A stretch of 38,076 bases of DNA from a virus (Duplodnaviria > Caudoviricetes), in the IMG/VR virus record IMGVR_UViG_3300016666_000240, positions 1 through 38,076 of that record; one strand, given 5' to 3'. Of the stretch, positions 25,655 through 34,876 are shown piece after piece. The position numbers and the translations under genes were made by a program. Position 1 is the stretch's first letter. Every line of letters begins with the position of its first letter. A model generated the notes under the pieces. The model did not search any database. It saw only the letters and a program-made list of their open reading frames with translations, and was not told where the DNA came from.

Positions 25655-26122
25655 TTAGTTTTTTCCCATGTGACGCAGCAGCGATTCGCGTATCAACGTC
25701 CGATCCGGTTCACTTAATCCCAGCAGTGGCCGCTCCGGGTACTTGTATACCGGCCCTTTCTTGCTCAGGCGGTCTTGCCGGCCAAACTGATGCACATGTG
25801 CCACGCGCGCCACCCAACCAAAGAAGCCGACCTCGATCTGGTCGCCTGTTGCCTTTGCTTTCAGGTGTTTGGCGGTGCGAATCTTGGCGAACATGGCCGC
25901 CTTCTGCCGCTTGATGCGTCCATTCTTCCCCTTGAATTCCTTGCGCCGCTTGCGCGCCGGATAGGCCGTGCCGTCCGGCCCCTGCTGCGCCTTGATGCGT
26001 TGCGCCTGGCTGCGGCGCAGGTCGATGGCGACCTTGTGATTGATGGCGCGGCGCTGGGCTGGCTGCAGCTTGGCCAGCAGGGCGCCGGCCCAGGCTTCCA
26101 GCGCATGCAGGTCGTCGCTCAT
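25655..26122 (-). CDS. gpS: Tail completion / virion morphogenesis protein gpS
   Basis: LRRSQAQRIKAQQGPDG, AHVHQFG, YPERPLLGLS. Confidence 0.92.
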   Translation of the reverse strand: MSDDLHALEAWAGALLAKLQPAQRRAINHKVAIDLRRSQAQRIKAQQGPDGTAYPARKRRKEFKGKNGRIKRQKAAMFAKIRTAKHLKAKATGDQIEVGFFGWVARVAHVHQFGRQDRLSKKGPVYKYPERPLLGLSEPDRTLIRESLLRHMGKN

Positions 26123-26607
26123 GCCTTGGCCTCGGGCGTGCGCCATTCGGCCAGCAGCGTCTCGCCGTCGTACAGCTTCCAGAACTCGTCCGCATAGGCC
26201 GGCATGTGCTGTATCTCGGCCAGGTGCTTGATATCCAGGCGGCCCGCGTCGCCGGCTTTGACGGCCACGCGCTCGGTCAGGTCCAGCTTGATGGAAATGT
26301 CGACCGTTTCATGGTTGTTGAAGTCCACTTCGAAGGCGATACCGTGCTTGCGCGTTTCCTCGTTGGCCATCAGGTCGAGCTGGTGGACTTTCAGCCAGGC
26401 GATGAGGGCCACCATGATGGCGTCGGCGTCGCCCGCGTAGTCGGTGACGATCAGGTTGAGCTTGAAACGGTATTCGAAGGAGAGCGAGGCGGTGGCCGAC
26501 GCCACCACGTTGCCCTCGTCGGCGAAGACCAGCAGGCGGTCGGGGTCGCGCTGCAGGTCGGGGATGGCGGCGGCCAAGTGCTGGCGCAGGCTATTCGGTT
26601 TGTACAT
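26119..26607 (-). CDS. gpR: Tail completion protein gpR
   Basis: MYKPNSLR, LSFEYRFKL, DISIKLDLTERV. Confidence 0.92.
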   Translation of the reverse strand: MYKPNSLRQHLAAAIPDLQRDPDRLLVFADEGNVVASATASLSFEYRFKLNLIVTDYAGDADAIMVALIAWLKVHQLDLMANEETRKHGIAFEVDFNNHETVDISIKLDLTERVAVKAGDAGRLDIKHLAEIQHMPAYADEFWKLYDGETLLAEWRTPEAKA

Positions 26608-27103
26608 GGTAGGTGTCTCGTACTAGGTTGTAGGCATCAATGCAGGCGTTCAGCTGGCGGGTGGCGTCGTCGCCGTCGCCGGCAATGGTGTCAAGAGCTG
26701 CCGCAGTCGCCGGGTCAAGTTCGGCTCGCGCTTCTTGCTGATGGCCTGCGGCAGCGGCGGAATCAGCGGGGCCGGCGCACTGGCCGCTGGCAACGGGGAT
26801 TGACAGGCGCACAGCGCCGCTGCGCACGTCAGCATTGAAACGGTCACGCTCGGTCTTCGCATGGGTTTGCTCCTGGGTTAGGTGGTCGGCACGCTGCGCC
26901 AGGGCGGTGCCGGCGGCGCGCTCCAACGTGAGCACGCGGGCGGTGGTCTGGGCCAGCGCGGTGGCGGCGGTGGTTTTGCTGGTGGCGGCCGCTCGCTGCA
27001 GTTCGGCGATGCTGGCGTCCTTGCGCCAGCCCTGCGCCGTCCAGCCGACCAGGGCGCCGCACAGCAGGCAGGCGGCCAGCGGGCGCCAGGTGGTCGCGGT
27101 CAC
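26591..27103 (-). CDS. i-spanin (Rz/LysB-like), 170 aa
   Basis: GTG start overlapping endolysin stop; N-terminal TM, coiled coil, GAVRLSIP...ELDP...QLNAC. Confidence 0.8.
   Translation of the reverse strand: MTATTWRPLAACLLCGALVGWTAQGWRKDASIAELQRAAATSKTTAATALAQTTARVLTLERAAGTALAQRADHLTQEQTHAKTERDRFNADVRSGAVRLSIPVASGQCAGPADSAAAAGHQQEARAELDPATAAALDTIAGDGDDATRQLNACIDAYNLVRDTYHVQTE
26650..26862 (-). CDS. Embedded o-spanin (Rz1-like lipoprotein)
   Basis: Alternate frame within the i-spanin; lipobox-like AALCAC followed by a Pro-rich mature part. Confidence 0.65.
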   Translation of the reverse strand: MRRPSVTVSMLTCAAALCACQSPLPAASAPAPLIPPLPQAISKKREPNLTRRLRQLLTPLPATATTPPAS

Positions 27104-27660
27104 ATGGCCACCCGTTCCTTGATCCAGCCGAACAGATAACGGCGCTGGGTCTTGTTGGCCTCGGTGATTTCCAGGTAGCGCGCCGCCTGCAGGCCGTTCA
27201 GGGCGCGCAGCAGCACGGTGGCGCCATCCTGGCCGCGCCATGTCAGGAAGGCGGCGAGCGCGCCCAGCGACTGCGAACCCAGGCGGCCGTCGACAAACAG
27301 GGCAGGGTAGCGGGCGCCCGTGTCATTGAAACCGTTCAGCCAGCGCTGCAGGAACTCGGCCGCGCGGTGCGGCCCCATGTTGACGCCCGTGTCGATGACT
27401 TCGGCGCCGATGCCGGCATGCAGGGCCAGCACCTGGTCGAACTTCGGTTCCGTAATGTAGCGGGCCGTGTAGATGGCGCGTGCCACGGCCTCGGGCAGAT
27501 CGCGCATCGGCCCCGTGTAACCGTTGGCGCGGGCCACGGCCACAGTGATGCCGAAGTTGGTTGCGCCGCCTTTGTCTTGTGGGTCGTTCACATAGCCCCC
27601 TTCGGCGCGCAGGATGGCGTCGATGACGCGTGCGATCAGCGGGTTGTCGGTGGTGGCCAT
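27100..27660 (-). CDS. Endolysin, glycoside hydrolase family 108 with peptidoglycan-binding C-terminus (186 aa)
   Basis: EGGYVNDPQDKGGATNFGIT catalytic motif; VDGRLG; AAGGA RBS before ATG 27660. Confidence 0.9.
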   Translation of the reverse strand: MATTDNPLIARVIDAILRAEGGYVNDPQDKGGATNFGITVAVARANGYTGPMRDLPEAVARAIYTARYITEPKFDQVLALHAGIGAEVIDTGVNMGPHRAAEFLQRWLNGFNDTGARYPALFVDGRLGSQSLGALAAFLTWRGQDGATVLLRALNGLQAARYLEITEANKTQRRYLFGWIKERVAM

Positions 27661-28031
27661 TAGTGTTCCTTTGCGTCTTTGACCAGCTCGGCGATGTCCT
27701 TGTCGCTGCGGCGCTGGAACCACAGGGCCACGGCGCGCGATATCCACCAGCCAGGCGCGCCGACGATCAGGTCGATGGCGGAAGCGTTGACCATGGCGCC
27801 GATGGCCGGGAGCTGGGCGCATAACAGCTGGTAGACGGTGCCGCCCAAGAGGCACGAGAACACGCCGGCGCAGGCCAGACGGGCGACAAACTCGCCCTTG
27901 TTGAAGGTGCCGTCGCTGTTCAGCGGCGGCAGTACGATGTAGAGCATGGCGGCGCCGACCATGCCCAGCGCCGCCTTGAAGCCATACAGTTTGACCAGGG
28001 TGGCGAAACCACCAAACGATTCTGCGGACAT
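27660..28031 (-). CDS. Putative holin (123 aa, multiple TM)
   Basis: GGAG RBS; hydrophobic segments with charged C-terminus; between X and the endolysin. Confidence 0.7.
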   Translation of the reverse strand: MSAESFGGFATLVKLYGFKAALGMVGAAMLYIVLPPLNSDGTFNKGEFVARLACAGVFSCLLGGTVYQLLCAQLPAIGAMVNASAIDLIVGAPGWWISRAVALWFQRRSDKDIAELVKDAKEH

Positions 28032-28096
28032 TGCTTGAGTCTCCGGGGTGAAGTTAGATAGATTTTTCATGACGGTAAAAATGGTGGATTGCTGCG

Positions 28097-28312
28097 TTAA
28101 TCCCATAGCTGCACAAGATCGGCTTCCGCCACCTGGCCCGTGCTGGGCGCCGGCTCGGGCAGGGTGACGACCAGGCCGGCAGGCAGCACGGCGCCGTGGC
28201 GCGCCAGCGCGGGATTCATTTCCAGGGTTTGCTCGAAGTATCCCGCACCGTCGCCCAGGTAGCGCCACACCAGGGCGTCCACCGTGTCGTGCTGCTGCGT
28301 GCGCACCTGCAT
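28097..28312 (-). CDS. gpX: Tail protein gpX (LysM-like, 71 aa)
   Basis: MQVRTQQHDTVDALVWRYLG...NPALA...LPAG...VQLWD. Confidence 0.92.
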   Translation of the reverse strand: MQVRTQQHDTVDALVWRYLGDGAGYFEQTLEMNPALARHGAVLPAGLVVTLPEPAPSTGQVAEADLVQLWD

Positions 28313-28815
28313 CAGATCAATTCCACGGTCAAATGCGTGCGGCCGACGATATCGGCGATGGCCCATTGCGCATTGCGCCGCTGCGCGCCGGGGGCGTCGT
28401 CCAGCCACTCCATGCTTTTCTTGTCGCTGACGGACGTGGCCGTGCTGTCGTAGTCGCGGTAACGCTCGATCAGATCGGCTTTCGCCGTGCTGTAGACGGC
28501 GCGCCGGTACTGCGCCAGCAAGCGGGACTCGCGGTTGATGCGCGCGGCCGGCACGTCCACCAGGGTGGCGATGCCGGTAGCAGCCTGCTGGCCCTGCCAG
28601 TCGGCCAGCTCGCGGTTGACGTGCAGGATGGCATCGACCACGGCTTGCACCAGGCGCGCGTCGGTGACGGTGCCGTCGAGGCGCATGGCGTCGCGCATAT
28701 CTGCCAGGGTGATGTCGGGAAACCAGCCGTCGTTCTCGATGATGCCGGTGGCCGGTGCTGGCAGCGTGGTCGTGCTGCCAGGCTGGATTGACGGGGGCAG
28801 GGCCATGAAGGACAT
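28312..28815 (-). CDS. gpL: Head completion protein gpL
   Basis: NDGWFPDI, YRRAVY, ERYRDYD, WAIADIVGR...TVELI. Confidence 0.92.
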   Translation of the reverse strand: MSFMALPPSIQPGSTTTLPAPATGIIENDGWFPDITLADMRDAMRLDGTVTDARLVQAVVDAILHVNRELADWQGQQAATGIATLVDVPAARINRESRLLAQYRRAVYSTAKADLIERYRDYDSTATSVSDKKSMEWLDDAPGAQRRNAQWAIADIVGRTHLTVELI

Positions 28816-28910
28816 ACGGGGCGCTTTCAAAAGTGGGCGGTGGACGGGGTTCATCAGGCCTGTGGATTAGCCAGAAGCCCCCCGTGCCGCCGTGCTGCGG
28901 GGGATGCTCT

Positions 28911-29630
28911 TTACGTAGAACCGGCCGCGCGCTTGAGGCGCCGTTCCAGCCGTTCCATATCTTTCTTGACGCCGCACGACTCGGACAGGGCACGCGCGCG
29001 TTTCAGCTGGGTCATGGCCGTTTCCGCTTGGGTCACCAGCGCCGGGGCGATGTCCGTGTCGTCGGCCTGATCGAGCACGGCGATCATGGCCAGGCCGATG
29101 GCCTTATGCAGCTTGGCGCGCGCCTGGTCGGGCGCGTCGCTGGCGACCGTCAGCTGTTCCACCTGGCCCAGCACCTGGGCCGCGTGCTGCGGATCGGCGG
29201 CCAGCTTGCCGTGCAAATAGCCTTCGGCGAACTCGTCCAGCATCAGGGTGGCGATGTCGCGGCTGTAGCCATCTGGTAGGGTGAACTTGTGCGTCAAAGC
29301 ATATTCGGCCATGACCAGGGCGCGCTCATACTCGCCCGTGTCGATGTGCCACACCAGCAGGGTGGCGAAGACGTCATCCTGCGCACCCTTGCCGCCGGCC
29401 AGCACGCCGTCGATCCACTGCGCGTAATCCGGCAGCAAGGTGGCCTTGACTTCGATCTTGCGTTCGACGGATTGGATGGATTTCAGGCGACGCCGGTCGT
29501 CGGCCAGTTTGTAGAGCATCATTTCGTAGGCCGTGCCGGTGGTCACGCCTTGCGGCGCGGCGGCGCCGGCCGTGCGCTCGGCCAGCATGCGCGCGCGGTG
29601 ACGCAGGGCAGGGGATTGGTTCGCCATCAC
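28911..29630 (-). CDS. gpM: Terminase small (endonuclease) subunit gpM
   Basis: SPALRHR, LKSIQSVERKIEVK, WHIDTG, RAKLHKAIG, GVKKD. Confidence 0.93.
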   Translation of the reverse strand: MMANQSPALRHRARMLAERTAGAAAPQGVTTGTAYEMMLYKLADDRRRLKSIQSVERKIEVKATLLPDYAQWIDGVLAGGKGAQDDVFATLLVWHIDTGEYERALVMAEYALTHKFTLPDGYSRDIATLMLDEFAEGYLHGKLAADPQHAAQVLGQVEQLTVASDAPDQARAKLHKAIGLAMIAVLDQADDTDIAPALVTQAETAMTQLKRARALSESCGVKKDMERLERRLKRAAGST

Positions 29631-30646
29631 TTGTCTTTCAGCTCGATGTTTTCCACCAGTGCGGCCAGGCCCAGGTCTTCGATCACGTAGGCGTCATTCG
29701 ACGACTCGTAGTTCTCGATGCGGTCGCGCTTGGGCACGTCCTCGACACGGCGGCGGCGCGCGCCTTCCTGGAAGTAGATCGACAGGTTGTCGAAACGGGT
29801 AATCAGGATGGCGTTATCCGGGAAGTAGGGCACGCGCGCGGCCGGCAAGCCGCCGATGCGTTTCTGGCTGATGATGATGTCGGCCGCCAGGGTTTCCGTG
29901 GGCGCCTGCTTGGCGTTGACCAGCGGGAAATACTTGTCGTTCAACAGTTTTCGGCCGACGATGGCCACCAGGTTGGTGTCTTCCTGATACCAGGGGTCGA
30001 GCAGGTTGACGGCATCCGTGACGGCCGCGTCCAGGTTGGCATAGTCGGCGCCGTCCACGTCGCCGATGATGACCTTGCCAGGCATGCCGTTGGCCACCAG
30101 GCCCAGCACGCGCTCGGGCGCCAGCTCGCGCAGGTGCTGTAGCCAGCCTTTATTGACGTCCTGCAGCAGTGGATTGGCGTCCAGATCGGTGTCAGCCATG
30201 GCCTTGACGCCATTGAAGCCGATGACGATGCGGTCGAGCGCCTGGCGCGTCAAGATGGCATTGGCCACGCGCGACTGGAAGTCGGGGAACTTGGCCCAGG
30301 CGTCCAGCTTTGCATAGTTCAAATGCGTGTCGAAGTTGGTTTGCTCGCAGCGGTATTTGGTGCCGTCCAGGGTGGACAGGTCGCGCGTCTTGCGTTCCTT
30401 GTCCTTGGTGTTGGTGCGGCCGGCAATCGGGCCGGATACGCCCAGGCCCAGCTTTTCGCCTTCCTGCTCGGTCACGCCGATGATGTTCACTTTCGACAGG
30501 AACTCGCTCGATTCCTGCATCTTCGTTTCCAGCTTTTGCTGCACGCTGGGCGTGACGCTGAAGGTCTTGGCCACGTTGTCCGTGTCGTTCAGTTGGCCCA
30601 GGCGGGTTTCATACTGGCCAAAGACCTGGCGCGTTTGCTTTTTCAT
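29627..30646 (-). CDS. gpN: Major capsid protein gpN (P2 family)
   Basis: FSVTPSVQQKLE, LDAWAKFPDFQ, NPLLQDVNKGWLQ, YESSNDAYVIED. Confidence 0.96.
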   Translation of the reverse strand: MKKQTRQVFGQYETRLGQLNDTDNVAKTFSVTPSVQQKLETKMQESSEFLSKVNIIGVTEQEGEKLGLGVSGPIAGRTNTKDKERKTRDLSTLDGTKYRCEQTNFDTHLNYAKLDAWAKFPDFQSRVANAILTRQALDRIVIGFNGVKAMADTDLDANPLLQDVNKGWLQHLRELAPERVLGLVANGMPGKVIIGDVDGADYANLDAAVTDAVNLLDPWYQEDTNLVAIVGRKLLNDKYFPLVNAKQAPTETLAADIIISQKRIGGLPAARVPYFPDNAILITRFDNLSIYFQEGARRRRVEDVPKRDRIENYESSNDAYVIEDLGLAALVENIELKDK

Positions 30647-30693
30647 AAATCAGTGCTCCGTTGTTGAATGGGGGGAAGAAAGGGCGAAGGCGC

Positions 30694-31482
30694 TTAAAAC
30701 TCGGTCTGCACGGCGCCGTCGTTGCCGGTGGCGGCCGGGCGGCGCGGGCCGTTGCCGGGCGCTTCGTCCATCTGCGCCTTGAAGGCGGCCAGCTCGTCCT
30801 GCGTGGCCTTCAATGCCGTTTCGGTTTTCTCCAGGCGGGCCAAGGCGCCCGTGTAGTTGTCGTTGGCGGTGACGACGTGGCCGGCCAGCGCCTCGACGGC
30901 CTCGCTGATGTCGGCGAACTGCGCGGCGTCGGTGCCGGATTTATTGGAGAAACGCGACAGCAGGTTCTTGACGGCGTCGGCCAGCTTGGTGCCCTGCGGC
31001 TCGTCAAATTCCAGCGTCACCTCGACGGCCGAAGTAAACAGGTTGGCGCTTTGCTGCTTGCGACTGGCGGAGAACTTCAGCGCCTCGGTGCCCAGGCTGG
31101 CCGGGCTGTCGGTGACGCCCAGGCCGACCAGGTAGGGCTGCGACGAGTCGGCAAAGTCCGGCTGGATTTCCAGGCTGGTGTACAGCTTCTGTTTCGCCTT
31201 GTTGATGGCCACCAGTTCCGGCGTGGGTTCGATCTGCGCGAACAGGGCCAGTTTCTTGCCGTTGTCGGTTTCCACTTCCTCGGCCTTGACGGCGATCACG
31301 TCGCCGTAAGCCTTGAACTGGCTGTCGGGCAGGATGCCGCGAATGTGCTCCAGCCAGATGCGCGCGCCGTAGGTTTTCGGGTTGTAGGTGGCGGCGATCT
31401 GCTCGATGGTGGCGCGGTCGATGTTGCGGCCGTCCGTGGTGGCGCCTTCGGTGGCGACGCGGAAGAATTGGGATTTGGGCAT
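30694..31482 (-). CDS. gpO: Capsid scaffolding/protease gpO (262 aa)
   Basis: FFRVATEGATTDGR, YGARIWLEH, YLVGLGVTDSPASLGTE. Confidence 0.95.
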   Translation of the reverse strand: MPKSQFFRVATEGATTDGRNIDRATIEQIAATYNPKTYGARIWLEHIRGILPDSQFKAYGDVIAVKAEEVETDNGKKLALFAQIEPTPELVAINKAKQKLYTSLEIQPDFADSSQPYLVGLGVTDSPASLGTEALKFSASRKQQSANLFTSAVEVTLEFDEPQGTKLADAVKNLLSRFSNKSGTDAAQFADISEAVEALAGHVVTANDNYTGALARLEKTETALKATQDELAAFKAQMDEAPGNGPRRPAATGNDGAVQTEF

Positions 31483-31548
31483 GGTGGCGTGTCTCGGTTG
31501 ATCGGATAACGCCATGGTCAACGTCTTGGCGCTGCGATTCAATGCGCT

Positions 31549-31574
31549 GCGGGTTGCTATGGGCCATAGCGACT
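31549..31574. promoter_or_regulatory. Candidate Ogr-type activator site shared by divergent late promoters PO and PP
   Basis: Near-palindrome GTTGCTATGG-G-CCATAGCGAC; -10-like GACCAT (minus, 31514-31519) and TACGCT (plus, 31607-31612), each starting 44 bp from its centre. Confidence 0.7.
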
Positions 31575-31618
31575 TTTGCCTTTCCCCGCTCCGCGCGCGC
31601 GCGGCCTACGCTGGCGGC

Positions 31619-33418
31619 ATGCTAGCAATTGAACAAAAACCCGAAGAAATAATCGCCGAACTGGCCGTGCCCGAATCCGAGCCGCGCCGTGCCGCGCGCG
31701 CCCTGTACTGGAAAGGCTGGCGCATTTCGTCCATCGCCCGCCACCTGGGAATCAAGCGCAGCACCATCAATAGCTGGAAGCTGCGCGACGAATGGGACAA
31801 GGCGCAGGCCATCGAGCACGTCGAGGCGTCGGCCGAGCTGCGCCTGGTCAAGCTGATCGAAAAAGAGGTCAAGAGCGGCAGCGATTACAAGGAAATCGAC
31901 TTGCTAGCACGCACCATCGTGCAGATGGCGCGCGTGCGCCGCTACGAGCAACCGGGCGGCAACGAGGTGGACCTCAACCCCAAGCTGGCGAACCGCAACG
32001 CGGGACCGAAGAAGAAACCGACCCGCAACGATTTCAGCGAAGAACAGCGCATTCAGTTGCTCGACGCCTTCCAGGATTCGCTCTTCGATTATCAAAAGGT
32101 CTGGTATCGCAACGGCGACCAGCGCACGCGCGCCATCCTCAAGTCCCGCCAGATCGGCGCTACCTGGTACTTCGCACGCGAGGCGCTGGCCGACGCCATG
32201 GCGACAGGCCGCAATCAAATCTTCCTGTCGGCGTCGAAGTCGCAAGCCCACGTCTTCAAGCAATACATCGTGCAATTCGCGCGCGAGGCGGCCGGCATCG
32301 AGCTGACGGGCGACCCCATCGTGCTGCCGAACGGTGCCCATCTGTATTTCCTGGGCACCAACGCGCGCACGGCGCAGGGCTACCACGGAAATTTCTACTT
32401 CGATGAATTCTTCTGGACGCAGAATTTCCAGGAACTCAACAAGGTGGCCTCGGGCATGGCCATCCACAAGAAGTGGCGCAAGACCTACTTTTCCACGCCA
32501 TCCTCGACCACGCACCAGGCTTACCCGTTCTGGACGGGCGAGCTGTTCAACAAGCGCCGCGCCAAGGCGGACCAGGTCAACATCGATGTGAGCCACGGCC
32601 GCCTGTCGTCGGGTTTTACGGGCGAGGACAAGATCTGGCGCCAGATCGTCACCATCCTGGACGCCGAGCGCGGCGGCTGCAATCTGTTCGACATCGACGA
32701 GCTGCGCAACTTCGAATACAGCCCGGACCAGTTCGACAATCTGCTGATGTGCAACTTTATCGACGACTCGGCCTCGGTCTTTCCGCTGGCCGAGCTGCAG
32801 CGCTGCATGGTCGATTCCTGGGTCGAGTGGGATGACTACAAGCCCTTGCTGGGTCTGCGGCCGTTCGGCAACCGGCCCGTGTGGATCGGTTACGACCCGG
32901 CCTTGAACGGCGACAGCGCCGGCTGCGTGGTGCTGGCGCCGCCCATGACGGCCGGCGGCAAGTTCCGCATCCTGGAGCGCCACCAGTGGCGCGGCCAGAG
33001 CTTCGAAGACCACGCCGACGCCATCCGCCAGATGACGCAGCGCTACAACGTCGAATACATCGGCATCGATACCACGGGCATGGGCATCGGCGTGCTGCCT
33101 ATCGTGCGCGGTTTCTTCCCGGCTGTGACGGCCCTGAATTACTCGCCCGAAGTCAAAACGCGAATGGTGCTAAAAGCCAAAAACATCATCAGCAAGGGGC
33201 GGCTGGAATTTGACGCCGGCTGGACGGACATCGCGCAGTCCTTCATGGCGATCCACAAGACCCTCACCCCAAGCGGGCGGCACGTGACCTATGTCGCCGG
33301 CCGCAGCGATGAAACCGGCCACGCCGATCTGGCGTGGGCCTGCATGCACGCCCTCGATCACGAGCCCTTCGAAGGCACCACCGACAACCACCACTCTTTC
33401 ATGGAGATTTATTCTTGA
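31619..33418 (+). CDS. gpP: Terminase large ATPase subunit gpP (599 aa)
   Basis: LKSRQIGATWYFAREA Walker A, YFDEFFW Walker B, GYDP, HADLAWA. Confidence 0.96.
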   Translation: MLAIEQKPEEIIAELAVPESEPRRAARALYWKGWRISSIARHLGIKRSTINSWKLRDEWDKAQAIEHVEASAELRLVKLIEKEVKSGSDYKEIDLLARTIVQMARVRRYEQPGGNEVDLNPKLANRNAGPKKKPTRNDFSEEQRIQLLDAFQDSLFDYQKVWYRNGDQRTRAILKSRQIGATWYFAREALADAMATGRNQIFLSASKSQAHVFKQYIVQFAREAAGIELTGDPIVLPNGAHLYFLGTNARTAQGYHGNFYFDEFFWTQNFQELNKVASGMAIHKKWRKTYFSTPSSTTHQAYPFWTGELFNKRRAKADQVNIDVSHGRLSSGFTGEDKIWRQIVTILDAERGGCNLFDIDELRNFEYSPDQFDNLLMCNFIDDSASVFPLAELQRCMVDSWVEWDDYKPLLGLRPFGNRPVWIGYDPALNGDSAGCVVLAPPMTAGGKFRILERHQWRGQSFEDHADAIRQMTQRYNVEYIGIDTTGMGIGVLPIVRGFFPAVTALNYSPEVKTRMVLKAKNIISKGRLEFDAGWTDIAQSFMAIHKTLTPSGRHVTYVAGRSDETGHADLAWACMHALDHEPFEGTTDNHHSFMEIYS

Positions 33419-34476
33419 GCAAAGCACGACACTTGCGCGCGCGCGGCCGCCAGGCCGAGAGCGCACCATCAGCGGCCACGGCGCCGGCCGCCGCCGGCAT
33501 CGAGGCGTTTTCCTTTGGCGACCCGACGCCCGTGCTCGAGCACGCCGACATTCTCGACTGCTTCGAATGCTGGAAGAACGGGCGCTGGTATGAGCCGCCC
33601 GTCAACCTGGCCGGCCTGGCCAAGTCCTTCAATGCCGGCGTGCACCACAGCAGCGCGATCCACTTCAAGGCCAATGTGCTGACGTCCACCCTGATGCCGA
33701 CGAAATACCTGTCGCGCGATGGTTTCAAACGCATGGCCCTGGACTATCTGACCTTCGGCAATGCCTACCTGGAGGACCGGCCCAGCCGCAGTGGCAAGGC
33801 GCTGGCGTACCAGCATGCGCTGGCCAAGTACATGCGGCGCGGCGTCGATCTGGATACCTACTTTTTCGTGAACGGCTACCAGGCCGTGCACCAGTTCGAC
33901 AAGGGCCGCGTGTTCCACCTGATGGAACCGGACGTGAATCAGGAGCTGTACGGCGTGCCGCAGTACCTGAGCGCCCTGCAATCAGCCTGGCTCAACGAGG
34001 CGGCCACCCTGTTTCGCCGCAAGTACTACAAGAACGGCTCGCATGCCGGTTTCGTCTTCTACATGACGGACGCGGCCGCCAACACCCAGGACGTGGACAA
34101 CCTGCGCCAGGCCATGCGTGACAGCAAGGGGCCGGGCAACTTCCGCAACCTGTTCATGTATGCGCCGAACGGCAAGAAGGATGGTATCCAGATCCTGCCC
34201 GTGTCGGACGTGGCCGCCAAGGACGAGTTTTTCAACATCAAGAGCGTGACGCGCGACGACCAGCTGGCCGCGCACCGCGTGCCCCCGCAGCTGATGGGCA
34301 TTCTGCCGAACAATGCCGGCGGCTTCGGCGCCGTCGAGCCTGCCGCGCGCGTCTTCGCGCGTAACGAGCTGGTGCCGCTGCAGGCGCAGTTTATGGCGAT
34401 CAACGAGTGGGCCGGCGTGGAAGTGGTGCGCTTCGCTCCGTATGACCTGGCCACGGGCGGGGAGGGCGCGGCATGA
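33415..34476 (+). CDS. gpQ: Portal protein gpQ (PBSX family)
   Basis: TTG start overlapping the P stop with GGAG RBS; WYEPP, QELYGVPQY, FRRKYYKNGSHAG, AHRVPPQLMG. Confidence 0.95.
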   Translation: MSKARHLRARGRQAESAPSAATAPAAAGIEAFSFGDPTPVLEHADILDCFECWKNGRWYEPPVNLAGLAKSFNAGVHHSSAIHFKANVLTSTLMPTKYLSRDGFKRMALDYLTFGNAYLEDRPSRSGKALAYQHALAKYMRRGVDLDTYFFVNGYQAVHQFDKGRVFHLMEPDVNQELYGVPQYLSALQSAWLNEAATLFRRKYYKNGSHAGFVFYMTDAAANTQDVDNLRQAMRDSKGPGNFRNLFMYAPNGKKDGIQILPVSDVAAKDEFFNIKSVTRDDQLAAHRVPPQLMGILPNNAGGFGAVEPAARVFARNELVPLQAQFMAINEWAGVEVVRFAPYDLATGGEGAA

Positions 34477-34688
34477 GCGACCCTATCGACAACACGGACA
34501 AGATCATCTTTGCCGAAGTGGCGCGTGGCCTGGCTGCCGTGCGAGGCCGGCCCGCCCTGGTGGCGCACGGCTGCTGCCACTACTGTGACGAAGCACTGGC
34601 GCCCGCGCTGCTGTTCTGCGGCTTGGAGTGCCGCGACGATTACGAGAAGGAGCAGGCGGCGAAGGCCCGCGCCGGCCGCACAGGATGA
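34473..34688 (+). CDS. TraR/DksA-like C4 zinc-finger protein (71 aa)
   Basis: MSDPID N-terminal acidic motif; CHYC...CGLECRDDYE; ATGA overlap with the portal stop. Confidence 0.65.
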   Translation: MSDPIDNTDKIIFAEVARGLAAVRGRPALVAHGCCHYCDEALAPALLFCGLECRDDYEKEQAAKARAGRTG

Positions 34689-34761
34689 CCGCCACGCCGT
34701 GATAACCGGCGGGGCAGGGCCGCGACAGCCTAGCCGCGCCAGAGCGTCCCAGCCACCGCAC

Positions 34762-34785
34762 AAGCCGCCCATGAGGCGGCTTTTT
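34762..34785 (+). terminator. Rho-independent terminator of the P-Q operon
   Basis: AAGCCGCC-catga-GGCGGCTTTTT. Confidence 0.85.
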
Positions 34786-34843
34786 CACGTCCCGACGAAT
34801 GATGTTGCACCAGAAGCAAGAAAAAAGCCCATTTCGGCCCGGC

Positions 34844-34876
34844 GCGCGCAGTTGTCCCCCCTCCACACCTGCCCGC
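34844..34876. other. Probable cos site (19-nt core GTTGTCCCCCCTCCACACC, 34851-34869)
   Basis: Downstream of portal as in P2; 12/19 match to the P2 cohesive end GTGCTTTCCCCGCCTCGCC; near-symmetric flanks GCGCGCA / TGCCCGC. Confidence 0.65.
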
